Source: a virus
IMG/VR virus record: IMGVR_UViG_3300034031_000030
Span: 1-58,438 of that record
DNA: 58,438 nt
Reading direction: 5' to 3' (one strand)
Shown: piece after piece, positions 1 through 8,832 of the stretch
Layout: each line of letters starts with the position of its first letter
Position numbering within the stretch: position 1 is the stretch's first letter
Notes under the pieces: model-generated
Told to the model about the DNA's origin: nothing
Databases searched by the model: none
Seen by the model: the letters and a program-made list of their open reading frames with translations, nothing else
Program-made: the position numbers and the translations under genes

Positions 1-127
1 CTTTGTGGGTTACGACGCTTGAAACCACGGGAGGTGGGGGCGGCGGTGGAGGCGAGGAAATCACAGCGCCGACCGCTCCCGCCGCGCCGCTGGTCACAAA
101 GAACTGCGCCGGTTCAACGCTGGTTGT
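1..127. repeat. Terminal overlap: bases 1-127 are identical to 58312-58438, indicating closure of a circular sequence
   Basis: Base-by-base comparison of both window ends; all 127 positions match. The unique length is therefore 58311 bp. Confidence 0.97.
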
Positions 128-2069
128 CTCCAATCCAGCATGGGACACCAACGAAGCACATCCGACGAGTACGCTCGAAATCGAGCGCAGTGACGATGGT
201 GGCGCGACATGGACGCCGGTTCATACATTCACCGTCGCAGGCGGCACCTGGGTAGATGCGAGCGCCCTGAAATATATCGCCTACGAATACCGGGCGCGCG
301 GGGTAAACAGCGAGGGAGAGAGCGCGTGGAGCGCCATCACAACCATCACGCTGCAAAGTGCGACGTTGGCCATCGTGATCCTCGCGCCGGTCAATGCGGC
401 CACGCTGGCCGGTGAGCAGCTTCTGCGCTTCTCTCTGGCCGATGCCGGTGCACCAGGCGTCCTGACACCTGACATCGAGGTGAGCATCAACGGCAAACCC
501 TACAACGTCGCGCCCACGATCGAAACACCGAACGCCTGTATCGCTGACAACATCGAAGCCTTCAATACGATCTACGTGCTCCCGTTCGACACGCGCGACT
601 GGAACAATGGCGCGAAGTCGATTCGCGTGGAAGCCAAAGGCACCGACGGTTGCCGCGCGAAAGCGGATCGCGCCGTCACGTTCAACAACACGCTGAAGAC
701 GCAGATTTTCTTCCGTGATTTTCTGGCCAGTGCGGCGATGACTGGCCACGTCATCGGTTCGGCCTCGATCGGTGTCGAGCTGCGCGCGCGAGCTGCGGGC
801 CTGACACTGCTCGAAGCGAATGCGCGCCGGCGTTATTTCATGGAGACAGGCACACGCAATGGTACAGCGCTCGACGACGATTTCACCGATGAGGCGTGGA
901 ATGCGCATTCGCCGGTCGTGTGGACGCGTGGGGCGGGGTGGGACGAAGAAGGCACACGCCTCGCGCGCCTTCAACTCTTTGCCCGCGTCTTCTATGCTTC
1001 GCCGCTTTCGGCCCATGTGCGCACGCGCGAAAAGTGGACGCCGGAATTCGACCTGTCGCTGTGGGAAACGGCTGGTTTGCCGGTTGTAAAGGTACGGTCG
1101 ATTGCGACCGGAAAACATCTGGTTTTCGTGCGCAACAACGTGGACGCAAAGGTGTTTCGCTACACCGAAGACGGTCTGGCCGAAATCGTTCTCTCGCCGA
1201 CGTGCCCTGATGCGCGCGATGCGATTGAAAGCGGCGGCAAAATCTACATTGTGCGCGCGACCGGCGCTGTGCGCTGTTACGACGCCGATTCCGGTGAAGC
1301 GACCTTTAGGGACGTGTCTCCCGCAGGGGAAACGCGCGTTGCGAAGTTCATTGAGGTTGTCGGCGGTAAAGTTCTCTTGCTTTGCACCGATGTCAACTCC
1401 ACGCGCTGCTATGACCTGTCGTTCGCTGCACCGAAGCTGCTGTGGACGTTGGCGGCGGTCGCTACATTCGCCGTCAGCAACGACGGCAAACTGTGGCTCG
1501 CGGCAGGCGCCGCGCTTTACGGCAGCGATGCTGGCACCGCTGCTCCCACGTTGGTCAAAGCCTTCGCATCAAACGTCGTGTCCTTCTGGCGCCCTGACTG
1601 CGGCCTTGCTGATGGCACCGTGATGCGACACGACGGCGTGGGTGCGGGCGGCAATGGCTGGAGTCAGGTGGCCGATATCGGCGCTTTCGCCCACGTCGCT
1701 CGATGGACTGGCGGCATTCCCGGCGAAAGCATTGAGGACGATGCACGCGGTGTTGCTGGCGGCCTTGACACATGGCTCACCGGCGAAATGCAGAACGGCT
1801 CATGGCTCGACGAACGTGAGCTAATGGTTCCCGCTGAAGTTGAAGCGGAAGTCACGAAAACAACCGCGCTCGATGTCTTCTCGGTCGAGACGGGAGCGGC
1901 CTCGGAAACCCAGCCCGCGCAGCGTGATGAGCGACTGCTGATCGGCACCGACGCGGGACTCTTCGTTTACACACGCAGCGTGATTACCGAGGCGCAGGGC
2001 GCCGTCCGGCTCTCCCACGACACATTGCAGCGAATCACGCCTTATCCACAACCCGCGCCAGTCGCATAG
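3..2069 (+). CDS. C-terminal 688 aa of the same tail fibre / host-recognition protein
   Basis: The frame is open from the window start and in phase with 56997.. It contains a second FN3-like segment (LEIERSDDGGATWTPV...YEYRARGVNSEGESAWS). It sits at the end of the tail module. Confidence 0.8.
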   Translation: MWVTTLETTGGGGGGGGEEITAPTAPAAPLVTKNCAGSTLVVSNPAWDTNEAHPTSTLEIERSDDGGATWTPVHTFTVAGGTWVDASALKYIAYEYRARGVNSEGESAWSAITTITLQSATLAIVILAPVNAATLAGEQLLRFSLADAGAPGVLTPDIEVSINGKPYNVAPTIETPNACIADNIEAFNTIYVLPFDTRDWNNGAKSIRVEAKGTDGCRAKADRAVTFNNTLKTQIFFRDFLASAAMTGHVIGSASIGVELRARAAGLTLLEANARRRYFMETGTRNGTALDDDFTDEAWNAHSPVVWTRGAGWDEEGTRLARLQLFARVFYASPLSAHVRTREKWTPEFDLSLWETAGLPVVKVRSIATGKHLVFVRNNVDAKVFRYTEDGLAEIVLSPTCPDARDAIESGGKIYIVRATGAVRCYDADSGEATFRDVSPAGETRVAKFIEVVGGKVLLLCTDVNSTRCYDLSFAAPKLLWTLAAVATFAVSNDGKLWLAAGAALYGSDAGTAAPTLVKAFASNVVSFWRPDCGLADGTVMRHDGVGAGGNGWSQVADIGAFAHVARWTGGIPGESIEDDARGVAGGLDTWLTGEMQNGSWLDERELMVPAEVEAEVTKTTALDVFSVETGAASETQPAQRDERLLIGTDAGLFVYTRSVITEAQGAVRLSHDTLQRITPYPQPAPVA

Positions 2070-2112
2070 GAATAGCGCTGGCCTTCTTATTTATTTAGCC
2101 CTACCGACCATC

Positions 2113-2412
2113 ATGAAAATCAAACTTCCTACGACGTATGCAGTTTTGTCGTTTCTTTCAATTTGCGCAGCGGCGTGGGAAGGGTACACCCTCGTAAATC
2201 GCAAGCGCGGCGATACCTTCAGCGCAACGACACACAAGCTCGGAGAGGAACAGCCATTCATACCACTGGCTTGCGGGATGTTAAGCAAGCACCTCTGGGG
2301 CAAGAATCCAAGAACGCGCGCGGCCTTTGAAATGGGCTACGTCGCAGGTGAGTTTTGGCCTTTGATCGACAAGGAAGAGGCTAGCGAACTGATTACAGGA
2401 GAAAAAGAATGA
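2113..2412 (+). CDS. Hypothetical small membrane protein
   Basis: Hydrophobic N-terminus (YAVLSFLSICAAAW). ATGA overlap with the next ORF. Confidence 0.5.
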   Translation: MKIKLPTTYAVLSFLSICAAAWEGYTLVNRKRGDTFSATTHKLGEEQPFIPLACGMLSKHLWGKNPRTRAAFEMGYVAGEFWPLIDKEEASELITGEKE

Positions 2413-2960
2413 TTACGAACTATCCAGCACTTTACACCGAACTCTCGAAGCCCGAATATGCGGGTTTGTCCTCGGAAGCAGCGTTACTCTTGCTTCTCGA
2501 TGCCCGCTTCCCGAATCCAGAACCGGCGCAAGAAGTCGCGCGCCCGATTCGCAAGAATGAGGTTCTGGGACTGCTTGCTCCAGCCTCGATGGTGGCGCTG
2601 TTGTCCTATACGAACCTTGCGCTGGTGTTTGAGTCCTTCGATAAAGGCGACCGGCCTTCGTGCGTCGCGTGGGCTTATGCGCTGCGAGCCGCGAATGTGC
2701 TGACAACTGATGCTGACGTGGCTGCCGTTGTCGGTTACGTTGGCAGCACTGTTCCTGATCCCGTTTACAAACCGCTGCTGACATGGCCCGAACTCACCGG
2801 CGAAAGCAGCCTCGCCGAACTCGATATTGCAGTTGCTCGATTGCAGCCGAAGGCCGAAGCTGTGATGCAGCAGCGAACCGCGTTGCTTTCACAATTATCC
2901 GCGCTCGATTTCCTCTCGATGCAGTTGAGTCAGGGTGTCGATGTGGAGTTACCCGAATGA
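2409..2960 (+). CDS. Hypothetical protein in the tail-fibre block
   Basis: Translationally coupled on both sides (ATGA at 2409 and at 2957). Confidence 0.6.
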   Translation: MITNYPALYTELSKPEYAGLSSEAALLLLLDARFPNPEPAQEVARPIRKNEVLGLLAPASMVALLSYTNLALVFESFDKGDRPSCVAWAYALRAANVLTTDADVAAVVGYVGSTVPDPVYKPLLTWPELTGESSLAELDIAVARLQPKAEAVMQQRTALLSQLSALDFLSMQLSQGVDVELPE

Positions 2961-5392
2961 ATGTTTTAGCGCGGCAGATCAGCGCACTGGGGCGCGCGTT
3001 CGGCATCGGCTCACGGAGTTACCGCGACTTGATTCTGTCGCATAGCCCTGTCGCGTATTGGCGCTTAGGCGAGACAAGTGGCACGGTCGGCGCTGATGAG
3101 ACGGGCACTCACAACGGCACCTTTCAGGGCGCTGTCACGTTAGGGCAAACGGGTGCGATTACTGGTGATAGTGACACCGGAGTCCTGTTGGCGGGCGGCG
3201 TAACGTCCTTTCCTCTGAATGGCGTGCCAAATGGCTTGCCAATTGGCAATGCCGCCCGCACGATTGAATTGTGGTTCAAAACATCAAGCGTGGCTGGCGC
3301 ACAGGTGTTAATGGGCTACGGCGCCGCTGGAGTTGACAAAGGATTTGGATTATTTTTAGTCGGTGGCCAAGTCTATATTTGGTTCTACCAACACGATACA
3401 AATACAAACTTTACCTACCCTCTGAATGAGTGGGTTCACATTGCTCTCACTTGGGACGGCTCCCGCGCCCGATTTTACGCCAACGGCGTCAATGTGTTTT
3501 CTCAGAATTTTTCCGCGATAGACACCATCCCCACTGATGGCGCACTTGGTGGCGACCGCCTCTCGTTCGGTGGTGATGATTACGGAAACACACTTTTCGG
3601 CAGCATAGACGAAGCCGCTATCTACAACCGCGTCCTTTCCCACGACGAAGTTTTTGCGCATTACATCAAGGGTGTCGCGGACGGAAAACTTTCGTACATT
3701 CTGCGCGATGATTTCACGACGGCGCAGGCGACACCGCTGCCCGAAACGCGCGCGTGTGAGCCGACCGGCTCTTTAACGGTGTATGACCCCGACAACCGCG
3801 TGAGTATTAGCGGCGGGAAACTTGTGCTTATTGGCAATCAGGACGTTTCAAAGCCAATAGTTCGCACGACGAATCGTTTCGCGCGTGCTATTGGTCGAAC
3901 CGTCGTTTTTCATGAGAGCGCGACGATTAACGCAGAAATGCTTGTATCTCACGATATCGACTGGGATCAGGGATACGAAGTCAGGCGCAATCAAGACCGA
4001 ATCCGCTACTACTCGGGCGGTTTAGACAGCTTCCAAAACCAAGTTGGTTTAAGTGCCTATTCACGGTTTGCCTTCGTTCTACAAAACACCGGCGCTACTT
4101 TTCTCGGATGGAACGGCACTACATGGGTTTATATTTGGAGAGAACCGCGCGGCGGTGATACACCTCTACACGCTGGCGTCATCTGCCATGACGGAACGCA
4201 GACGCTGGACGCTTTAAGCATCCTCGACCTTGCTCCCATCGACTCGCGCTTTGCATCTGACTATGGCCTCGCAACCTCACGGATTGAAGCACCGGCAGAG
4301 GGTGCGTCTTTTACGCACGAGGCAGATTTCGTGATGGAGTGGACGCAGACAGCCCTCCCCACAGCTTTCGGATATCAAATAAATATCCATTTTCGGAAGC
4401 AGGATTCGAGTAATTATTGGTGGCTATTTATTACTTATGATGGTGTCATTTATCTGTGCGAGGTTGTTGCGGGAAATGTCACAGTTCGTGGGACGTATGG
4501 CGCTGGAACTGCAATTCAGGGAAGGCGATTTGTTATCGTCGTAGAAGGTAAAAACATCCGTATCTACGCTCATCACGAATTGTTGCTGTGGTATAGCGAG
4601 GCGACGAATTTTCAAACTTCTACAAGCGGTCAAGTCGCATCACTTGGCAACGATGGCGTAATTTCCAACCTTGTCACATACCCCCGAAACATTACGGTGC
4701 CAGCGCTTACCTACGAAGAGCCGCGCCGATATGGAGCGCAGCTAAGCCCGACAACTGGCAGTCTTGAATCATCTTCGACTGCCGATTTCTCCGCTCTGGT
4801 CACGCCTGCTGCCGACTTTATGTACTCGACGTGGTTGAACATTGATGGAAGTGTTGGGCCGTACTCGCCTTTCTTTTCGGTGCATTATTTTTCCGGTCGG
4901 ACTTTCGTAAATGGTGGTATGTGGTTTCTTCACTATTTACAAACTGGTGCGGAAAACAATCTGTATGCTTCGCAGGGATATATGCCGCTGCCCGCTGATT
5001 ACTGCCGTGACAAATGGGCATTTATCGTTGCAGGGCGCAAGGACGGACGCCCTGTTTTCAGTCTGAACGGTTCGGAGTTTTACACTTACCCTGTATTCGA
5101 CCTAACGACGGCGGGCCACGTCGGCGCCGGGCCAAGAGTTCATAATTTTCATCCGTGGTCGGTTTCCCGTATGTCGTTTCATTCGGTCACGCCAACAGCC
5201 GAAGCCGTTGCTGAACTCTACAACGGCGGCAGGGGACAGACCTACGAAACACTGAGCGCGGGCTTAAAAACGGGCTTAAAGGCTTTCTGGAATTTTGAGG
5301 AAGCGACCGGGACTCGGTTCGACAGCCACGGCGAAAATCATTTATTGGAGATAGGCGGCGCAGTCGGTCGTGTCGCATTCCCAGAGGTTTAA
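2957..5392 (+). CDS. Tail fibre / receptor-binding protein with concanavalin-A-like (LamG-type) lectin domains
   Basis: LamG_3-like pattern: YWRLGETSGTVGADETGTHNGTF...IELWFKTSS...WVHIALTWDG...IDEAAIYNRVLSHDEV. A second similar C-terminal segment reads AELYNGG...KAFWNFEEATGTRFDSHGENH. Start chosen at the ATG coupled to the upstream stop. Confidence 0.75.
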   Translation: MNVLARQISALGRAFGIGSRSYRDLILSHSPVAYWRLGETSGTVGADETGTHNGTFQGAVTLGQTGAITGDSDTGVLLAGGVTSFPLNGVPNGLPIGNAARTIELWFKTSSVAGAQVLMGYGAAGVDKGFGLFLVGGQVYIWFYQHDTNTNFTYPLNEWVHIALTWDGSRARFYANGVNVFSQNFSAIDTIPTDGALGGDRLSFGGDDYGNTLFGSIDEAAIYNRVLSHDEVFAHYIKGVADGKLSYILRDDFTTAQATPLPETRACEPTGSLTVYDPDNRVSISGGKLVLIGNQDVSKPIVRTTNRFARAIGRTVVFHESATINAEMLVSHDIDWDQGYEVRRNQDRIRYYSGGLDSFQNQVGLSAYSRFAFVLQNTGATFLGWNGTTWVYIWREPRGGDTPLHAGVICHDGTQTLDALSILDLAPIDSRFASDYGLATSRIEAPAEGASFTHEADFVMEWTQTALPTAFGYQINIHFRKQDSSNYWWLFITYDGVIYLCEVVAGNVTVRGTYGAGTAIQGRRFVIVVEGKNIRIYAHHELLLWYSEATNFQTSTSGQVASLGNDGVISNLVTYPRNITVPALTYEEPRRYGAQLSPTTGSLESSSTADFSALVTPAADFMYSTWLNIDGSVGPYSPFFSVHYFSGRTFVNGGMWFLHYLQTGAENNLYASQGYMPLPADYCRDKWAFIVAGRKDGRPVFSLNGSEFYTYPVFDLTTAGHVGAGPRVHNFHPWSVSRMSFHSVTPTAEAVAELYNGGRGQTYETLSAGLKTGLKAFWNFEEATGTRFDSHGENHLLEIGGAVGRVAFPEV

Positions 5393-5393
5393 T

Positions 5394-6323
5394 ATGCTCT
5401 CTTTATACGGACACTTCACGGCCTCTAAAGCAGGCATCTCGACACTGGACGATGTGAAAATAGATATCGACCGAGTGAACAAGGCGACTGGAGAAGTTGT
5501 CGCTTTCGTGAGCAACGCGGTAGTCACGTCCCCAGGTTCGCTCTCACCGCTCCGCAACGGGCTGTACCGATACGCAATCGCAAACCCTGACGTTCGTGCC
5601 TATGACTATCTGGGCACATTCAAAACAGCCAGCGCGAGTGTCGATTTGAAACACGTTCCAAGTTTGCGTCAGGAATATGTCGATTCGCTGACCGTTACGA
5701 ATGGCAACGTGAGTGTTGGCACCAACAATGACAAAACGGGCTACGCTCTGGCGACGCCACCCGCGACGCCGGACGATGTTGCTGAGGCAGCAACGGTCAT
5801 CGTCGGCGCGGTCGAGACGCGGGCCGCGCCTAGCGATGTGCAGGAAATCGTTGATGGTATCGAATTCCCCGCGCTTGATCTGGGCGCTCGCGGCGAGAAG
5901 ATCGACAACATCCTCGCCAAGCTGCAAGCGGCTGCGCCCGGTAATGCGCCTGTCCTCGCGGTCCCCAATTCCGGGACTCCTGGCATGGTCAATCTTGCGG
6001 TTTCACTCAGGCATGGCAAAGTGCCAGTCAGGAACGCACTTGTCACGGTATCGATGGTGGAAGAAGGCTTAGTGGCTGTTGATGGAGCCTACGAGGTCGA
6101 GAAATCCTACACGGGCATGACAAAAGATCACACGATCGACGGCGTTGTGCACAAGGGGCTGGCGCTTATCGAAGTGTTTTCCTCGGTCAAGTTGAAGAAT
6201 GCCGGCTACGAAGGCTTGTACACGGTCGGCGCCATCGGGGTGGAGCGCAATGTCTGGGTTCCCGAGGGCGGCGGCGCTTTGACCCTATTGGGCGAAGTAG
6301 ATCCCACGCCACCCGCTCCCTAG
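5394..6323 (+). CDS. Hypothetical tail-fibre-associated protein
   Basis: ATG lies 2 nt after the upstream TAA. It is the last gene of the plus-strand late block and is followed by a perfect 38-bp palindrome. Confidence 0.6.
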   Translation: MLSLYGHFTASKAGISTLDDVKIDIDRVNKATGEVVAFVSNAVVTSPGSLSPLRNGLYRYAIANPDVRAYDYLGTFKTASASVDLKHVPSLRQEYVDSLTVTNGNVSVGTNNDKTGYALATPPATPDDVAEAATVIVGAVETRAAPSDVQEIVDGIEFPALDLGARGEKIDNILAKLQAAAPGNAPVLAVPNSGTPGMVNLAVSLRHGKVPVRNALVTVSMVEEGLVAVDGAYEVEKSYTGMTKDHTIDGVVHKGLALIEVFSSVKLKNAGYEGLYTVGAIGVERNVWVPEGGGALTLLGEVDPTPPAP

Positions 6324-6360
6324 CAAAAGCGTACGGTCGAATTCGACCGTACGCTTTTGC
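6323..6360. terminator. Class I palindromic element; candidate bidirectional intrinsic terminator
   Basis: Perfect 38-bp palindrome GCAAAAGCGTACGGTCGAATTCGACCGTACGCTTTTGC lying between convergent genes. Confidence 0.65.
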
Positions 6361-6363
6361 TTT

Positions 6364-6423
6364 CCGGCAAGTAGCGGCAAGTTACCGGCAGAAATACCGG
6401 CAATTCCGGCAATTATTGCCAAA
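6364..6423. repeat. Phased array of five or six CCGGCA(A/G) heptamers at about 10-11 bp spacing
   Basis: Copies start at 6364, 6375 (CGGCAAG), 6385, 6397 and 6406, with a partial copy at 6417. The reverse complement TTGCCGG shares the TGCCG core with the iterons at 25811 and 37636. Confidence 0.8.
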
Positions 6424-6449
6424 GAGTGACTCAAAACTGCAGGAGTTGC

Positions 6450-6986
6450 TCAATCACACCAGCTGCGCGTTTCCCAGCACCCCGGCTTCTGATCGCAGTC
6501 GGCGTGTGGGCAGGCGAGGACACACGCAGCTCGATGCGCAGCGTAGTGAACCTTGAACTCTTCAGGATTATGGCTACCATGGCCGTGATCCATGGATTTG
6601 CAGAATTCGATAAGCCGATCGATGTCAGCGTTGGCCTGTTCTTGGACATCGCTTTCCGGCTGGCGCGTCTTCAGGGCGACGAGCGCTGTCGCAGTTTGGT
6701 CCCACTGCCCGAGAATGATGCGCATGGCCAGTTCCGTGTCGTCGCGCAGCGCACGCGCGGCGGCCTTGGTTTCGACCTTCCCGAAAACGCTGTCTCCCAG
6801 CCGGTCGAGGACTTTGAGCGCCTTGCCAACGCGGTGATCCACCAGGCGTGTCGGCTCGACATTCAGCGCAGCGAGCCTTTCCCTGAAGCGCTCCGCTACA
6901 GCCGGGCTCATCCCGGACTCACGCGCCGCATCAAGAATGGCATCGACGTTGACGACGACAGTGTTGGAGTGCATAAGAAATTCCAT
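6450..6986 (-). CDS. Hypothetical protein with a C-terminal His/Cys cluster
   Basis: The minus-strand ORF has helical-protein-like composition and ends with HGHGSH...ACPHADCDQKPGC. A mirror ORF on the plus strand (6426..6989) cannot be excluded. Confidence 0.45.
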   Translation of the reverse strand: MEFLMHSNTVVVNVDAILDAARESGMSPAVAERFRERLAALNVEPTRLVDHRVGKALKVLDRLGDSVFGKVETKAAARALRDDTELAMRIILGQWDQTATALVALKTRQPESDVQEQANADIDRLIEFCKSMDHGHGSHNPEEFKVHYAAHRAACVLACPHADCDQKPGCWETRSWCD

Positions 6987-7061
6987 TGAACCAATAACAA
7001 AAGCAGGTTCAATAACGCCGGTCCAATAGAATCGGCCCTGCGCTGCTACACTTGGCGAAAA

Positions 7062-8240
7062 TTGGACGGGGCTGCACTGCTACCAACAGCCAGCCCCCGA
7101 TCAACTCTGTTACGGAGAGCTGACGTGGATAATTTAACCCTGCAGGCAGCCCACGGCCATAGTTTGCTGCCCGATAATCAGCTGGCGCTGCCTGATTTTC
7201 CTCATCTGGAGCTGGTGCAGCCGGGCGACTCCGGGAAGCGCACTTACAGCGATTACACCCTGTTACCGACGGATCATCATCCCGTCGCGTTTTATCTGGC
7301 CAGTCTGGCCAAAGGCTCTCACCGAACGATGCTCACCGCGCTGGAGCAGATCGCGGCGATCATCACGCAAGGCTCGATGTCGGCGATGCAATTTCCCTGG
7401 GGCAACCTGCGCGCGCCGCACGTTATGCGCGTGCGCGGCATCATCGTCGAGCGTTATGCTCCATCGACCGCCAAGCGGATGATAAGCGCGCTTAAAGGAG
7501 TGCTGAAAGCCGCTTGGCGTCTCAAGCTAATGCCGAACAAGGCATATTTGCGCGCAATCGATATCCCTCCGGTCCGTGGCCAGAGTGTCATGCGCGGCCG
7601 TGCGCTCACCGTGAAAGAGATCGAGGCGCTATTTACTGCTTGTGCACATCTTCCCGAGGTGGAACAGGGCAGGGGAGTCAGCGCAAAGGGAGCTGCTATC
7701 CTCGCGCACGCAGCGCGCATCCACAGCGCGCGAGACACCGCGCTTCTGGCAGTGCTGGTGGGTGTTGGCCAGCGAAGGCGCGAAGCCGTTCACCTAATGC
7801 TCGATGACTACGACCGGGAAAGTGGCTCCATCACCACGGAGCGGGGCAAAGGAAATGTTTCACGAATTGGTTACGCCGGCGCCGGAGTCCGGGCCGCGCT
7901 CGATGCCTGGCTCGAATTGCGCGGAACAGAGCCGGGGCCGCTGTTTCTGCCGCTTACGCGCTCGGGGCGCATTCTCTGGCGCGCGATGAATGACCAGGCC
8001 GTGATGGACATCCTCATCAAGCGCGCGCGCGAAGCCGGGCTCTCGGATCGCGTGTCGCCCCACGATCTTCGCCGCACCTTCGCCACCAACCTCCAGATCG
8101 AGGGCGTGGACATGGCCACCATCTCCCGGATGATGGGACACAAGAACATTGCGACAACGATGCGCTACGACTTGCGCGATGAGACAGCGAAAAAGAAGGC
8201 TGCAGAAACGCTGCGTATTCCTCTCCGAGCAGCTTCCTAA
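7062..8240 (+). CDS. int: Tyrosine site-specific recombinase / integrase (XerC/D-like with SAM-like N-domain)
   Basis: The C-terminal catalytic region has HDLRRTFATN and GHKNIATTMRYD (His-x-x-Arg and catalytic Tyr context). The exact start is uncertain (TTG at 7062). Confidence 0.9.
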   Translation: MDGAALLPTASPRSTLLRRADVDNLTLQAAHGHSLLPDNQLALPDFPHLELVQPGDSGKRTYSDYTLLPTDHHPVAFYLASLAKGSHRTMLTALEQIAAIITQGSMSAMQFPWGNLRAPHVMRVRGIIVERYAPSTAKRMISALKGVLKAAWRLKLMPNKAYLRAIDIPPVRGQSVMRGRALTVKEIEALFTACAHLPEVEQGRGVSAKGAAILAHAARIHSARDTALLAVLVGVGQRRREAVHLMLDDYDRESGSITTERGKGNVSRIGYAGAGVRAALDAWLELRGTEPGPLFLPLTRSGRILWRAMNDQAVMDILIKRAREAGLSDRVSPHDLRRTFATNLQIEGVDMATISRMMGHKNIATTMRYDLRDETAKKKAAETLRIPLRAAS

Positions 8241-8244
8241 CATT

Positions 8245-8733
8245 ATGGCCACCAAGACTTTTTACGAACTTCTCGAAATCTCTCCGTCAGCTTCCCAGGA
8301 CGAAATCAAGGAAAGCTATCGTTTTCTGACAGCCGCATTTCACCCCGACAAGCATACCGAAGCAAACAGGCAGCGGGCCGAATCGATAATGAAGTCCTTG
8401 AACGAAGCCTACTCCGTCCTTTCCGACGCTGATAAGCGGCGCGTGTATGATGCAAGCCAGAAGACTTCCACTCAATCCAGTGATCCATTGTCGAACCTAT
8501 ACCGAACGGATTTTCCTGATTCGAAGGTAGATGCGAATGAAATGCTCGACGTTGAGGGAACGACCCTACAGGTTCGGGGCAGCGTGTATTACGCTGCGTG
8601 CCGCCTGGTGCTCAACAACCAGATAGTCGCTGCCACGAAGCACATTTACGACCACGTACCCGGCATACGGCTCGTGGAAGCGAGAGATGTGGTCCATGCC
8701 ATTCAAGAGGAAATACGGAAGAAGAAACGATGA
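8245..8733 (+). CDS. J-domain (DnaJ-like) protein
   Basis: FYELLEISPSASQDEIKESYRFLTAAFHPDKH...NEAYSVLSDADKRRVYD contains the HPD tripeptide. The C-terminal tail IVAATKHIYDHVPGIRLVEARDVVHAI resembles the L7/L12 C-terminal motif (weak). Confidence 0.85.
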   Translation: MATKTFYELLEISPSASQDEIKESYRFLTAAFHPDKHTEANRQRAESIMKSLNEAYSVLSDADKRRVYDASQKTSTQSSDPLSNLYRTDFPDSKVDANEMLDVEGTTLQVRGSVYYAACRLVLNNQIVAATKHIYDHVPGIRLVEARDVVHAIQEEIRKKKR

Positions 8734-8745
8734 ACCTGGCTCACA
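8731..8745. repeat. Class II palindrome, degenerate copy (TGAACCTGGCTCACA) overlapping the J-domain gene stop codon
   Basis: One mismatch to the TGAACCTGGTTCACA core. Confidence 0.6.
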
Positions 8746-8762
8746 AAATCCCGCTATATTTT

Positions 8763-8792
8763 TTTACAGAAATTTGTGAAATCGAATATAAT
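8763..8792 (+). promoter_or_regulatory. Sigma70-like promoter candidate (TTTACA-N18-TATAAT)
   Basis: The hexamers were read directly. It lies about 40 nt upstream of the 8833 start. The host sigma specificity is unknown. Confidence 0.4.
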
Positions 8793-8832
8793 GCCAGTAC
8801 CGAATCCAGCAAACAGTTATTGAGGAATTCCG

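Noticed and set aside
1-127. The 127-bp terminal repeat considered as biological direct terminal repeats of the virion DNA.
   Set aside because: Its length equals a common maximum assembler k-mer and it falls in the middle of an ORF. Assembly closure is more parsimonious. It remains checkable by terminus analysis.
114-1118. Long antisense ORFs opposite confidently assigned genes. Examples are 114..1118(-), 26668..27276(-), 28462..29475(-), 39838..40971(-), 41394..42023(-), 45456..46223(-), 47640..48350(-) and 56073..56948(-).
   Set aside because: They are typical shadow ORFs of a GC-rich genome. Their products are Arg/Cys/His-rich and low-complexity, they have no RBS, and they lie fully inside better-supported sense genes with recognisable motifs or synteny.
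2764-2774. The 11-mer GTTTACAAACC is shared between the tail-fibre block (2764) and the res-like site (24963), considered as crossover sites for a Gin/Hin-type invertible segment.
   Set aside because: The sites are ~22 kb apart and the first lies inside a gene that is not duplicated or mirrored. No alternative fibre C-termini in inverted orientation were seen. It is probably coincidence.
6426-6989. Plus-strand ORF mirroring the minus-strand gene 6450..6986.
   Set aside because: The two frames are reverse-complement shadows with similar third-position GC. The minus-strand product has the more protein-like composition and a His/Cys cluster, so the plus ORF was not called. The choice remains uncertain.
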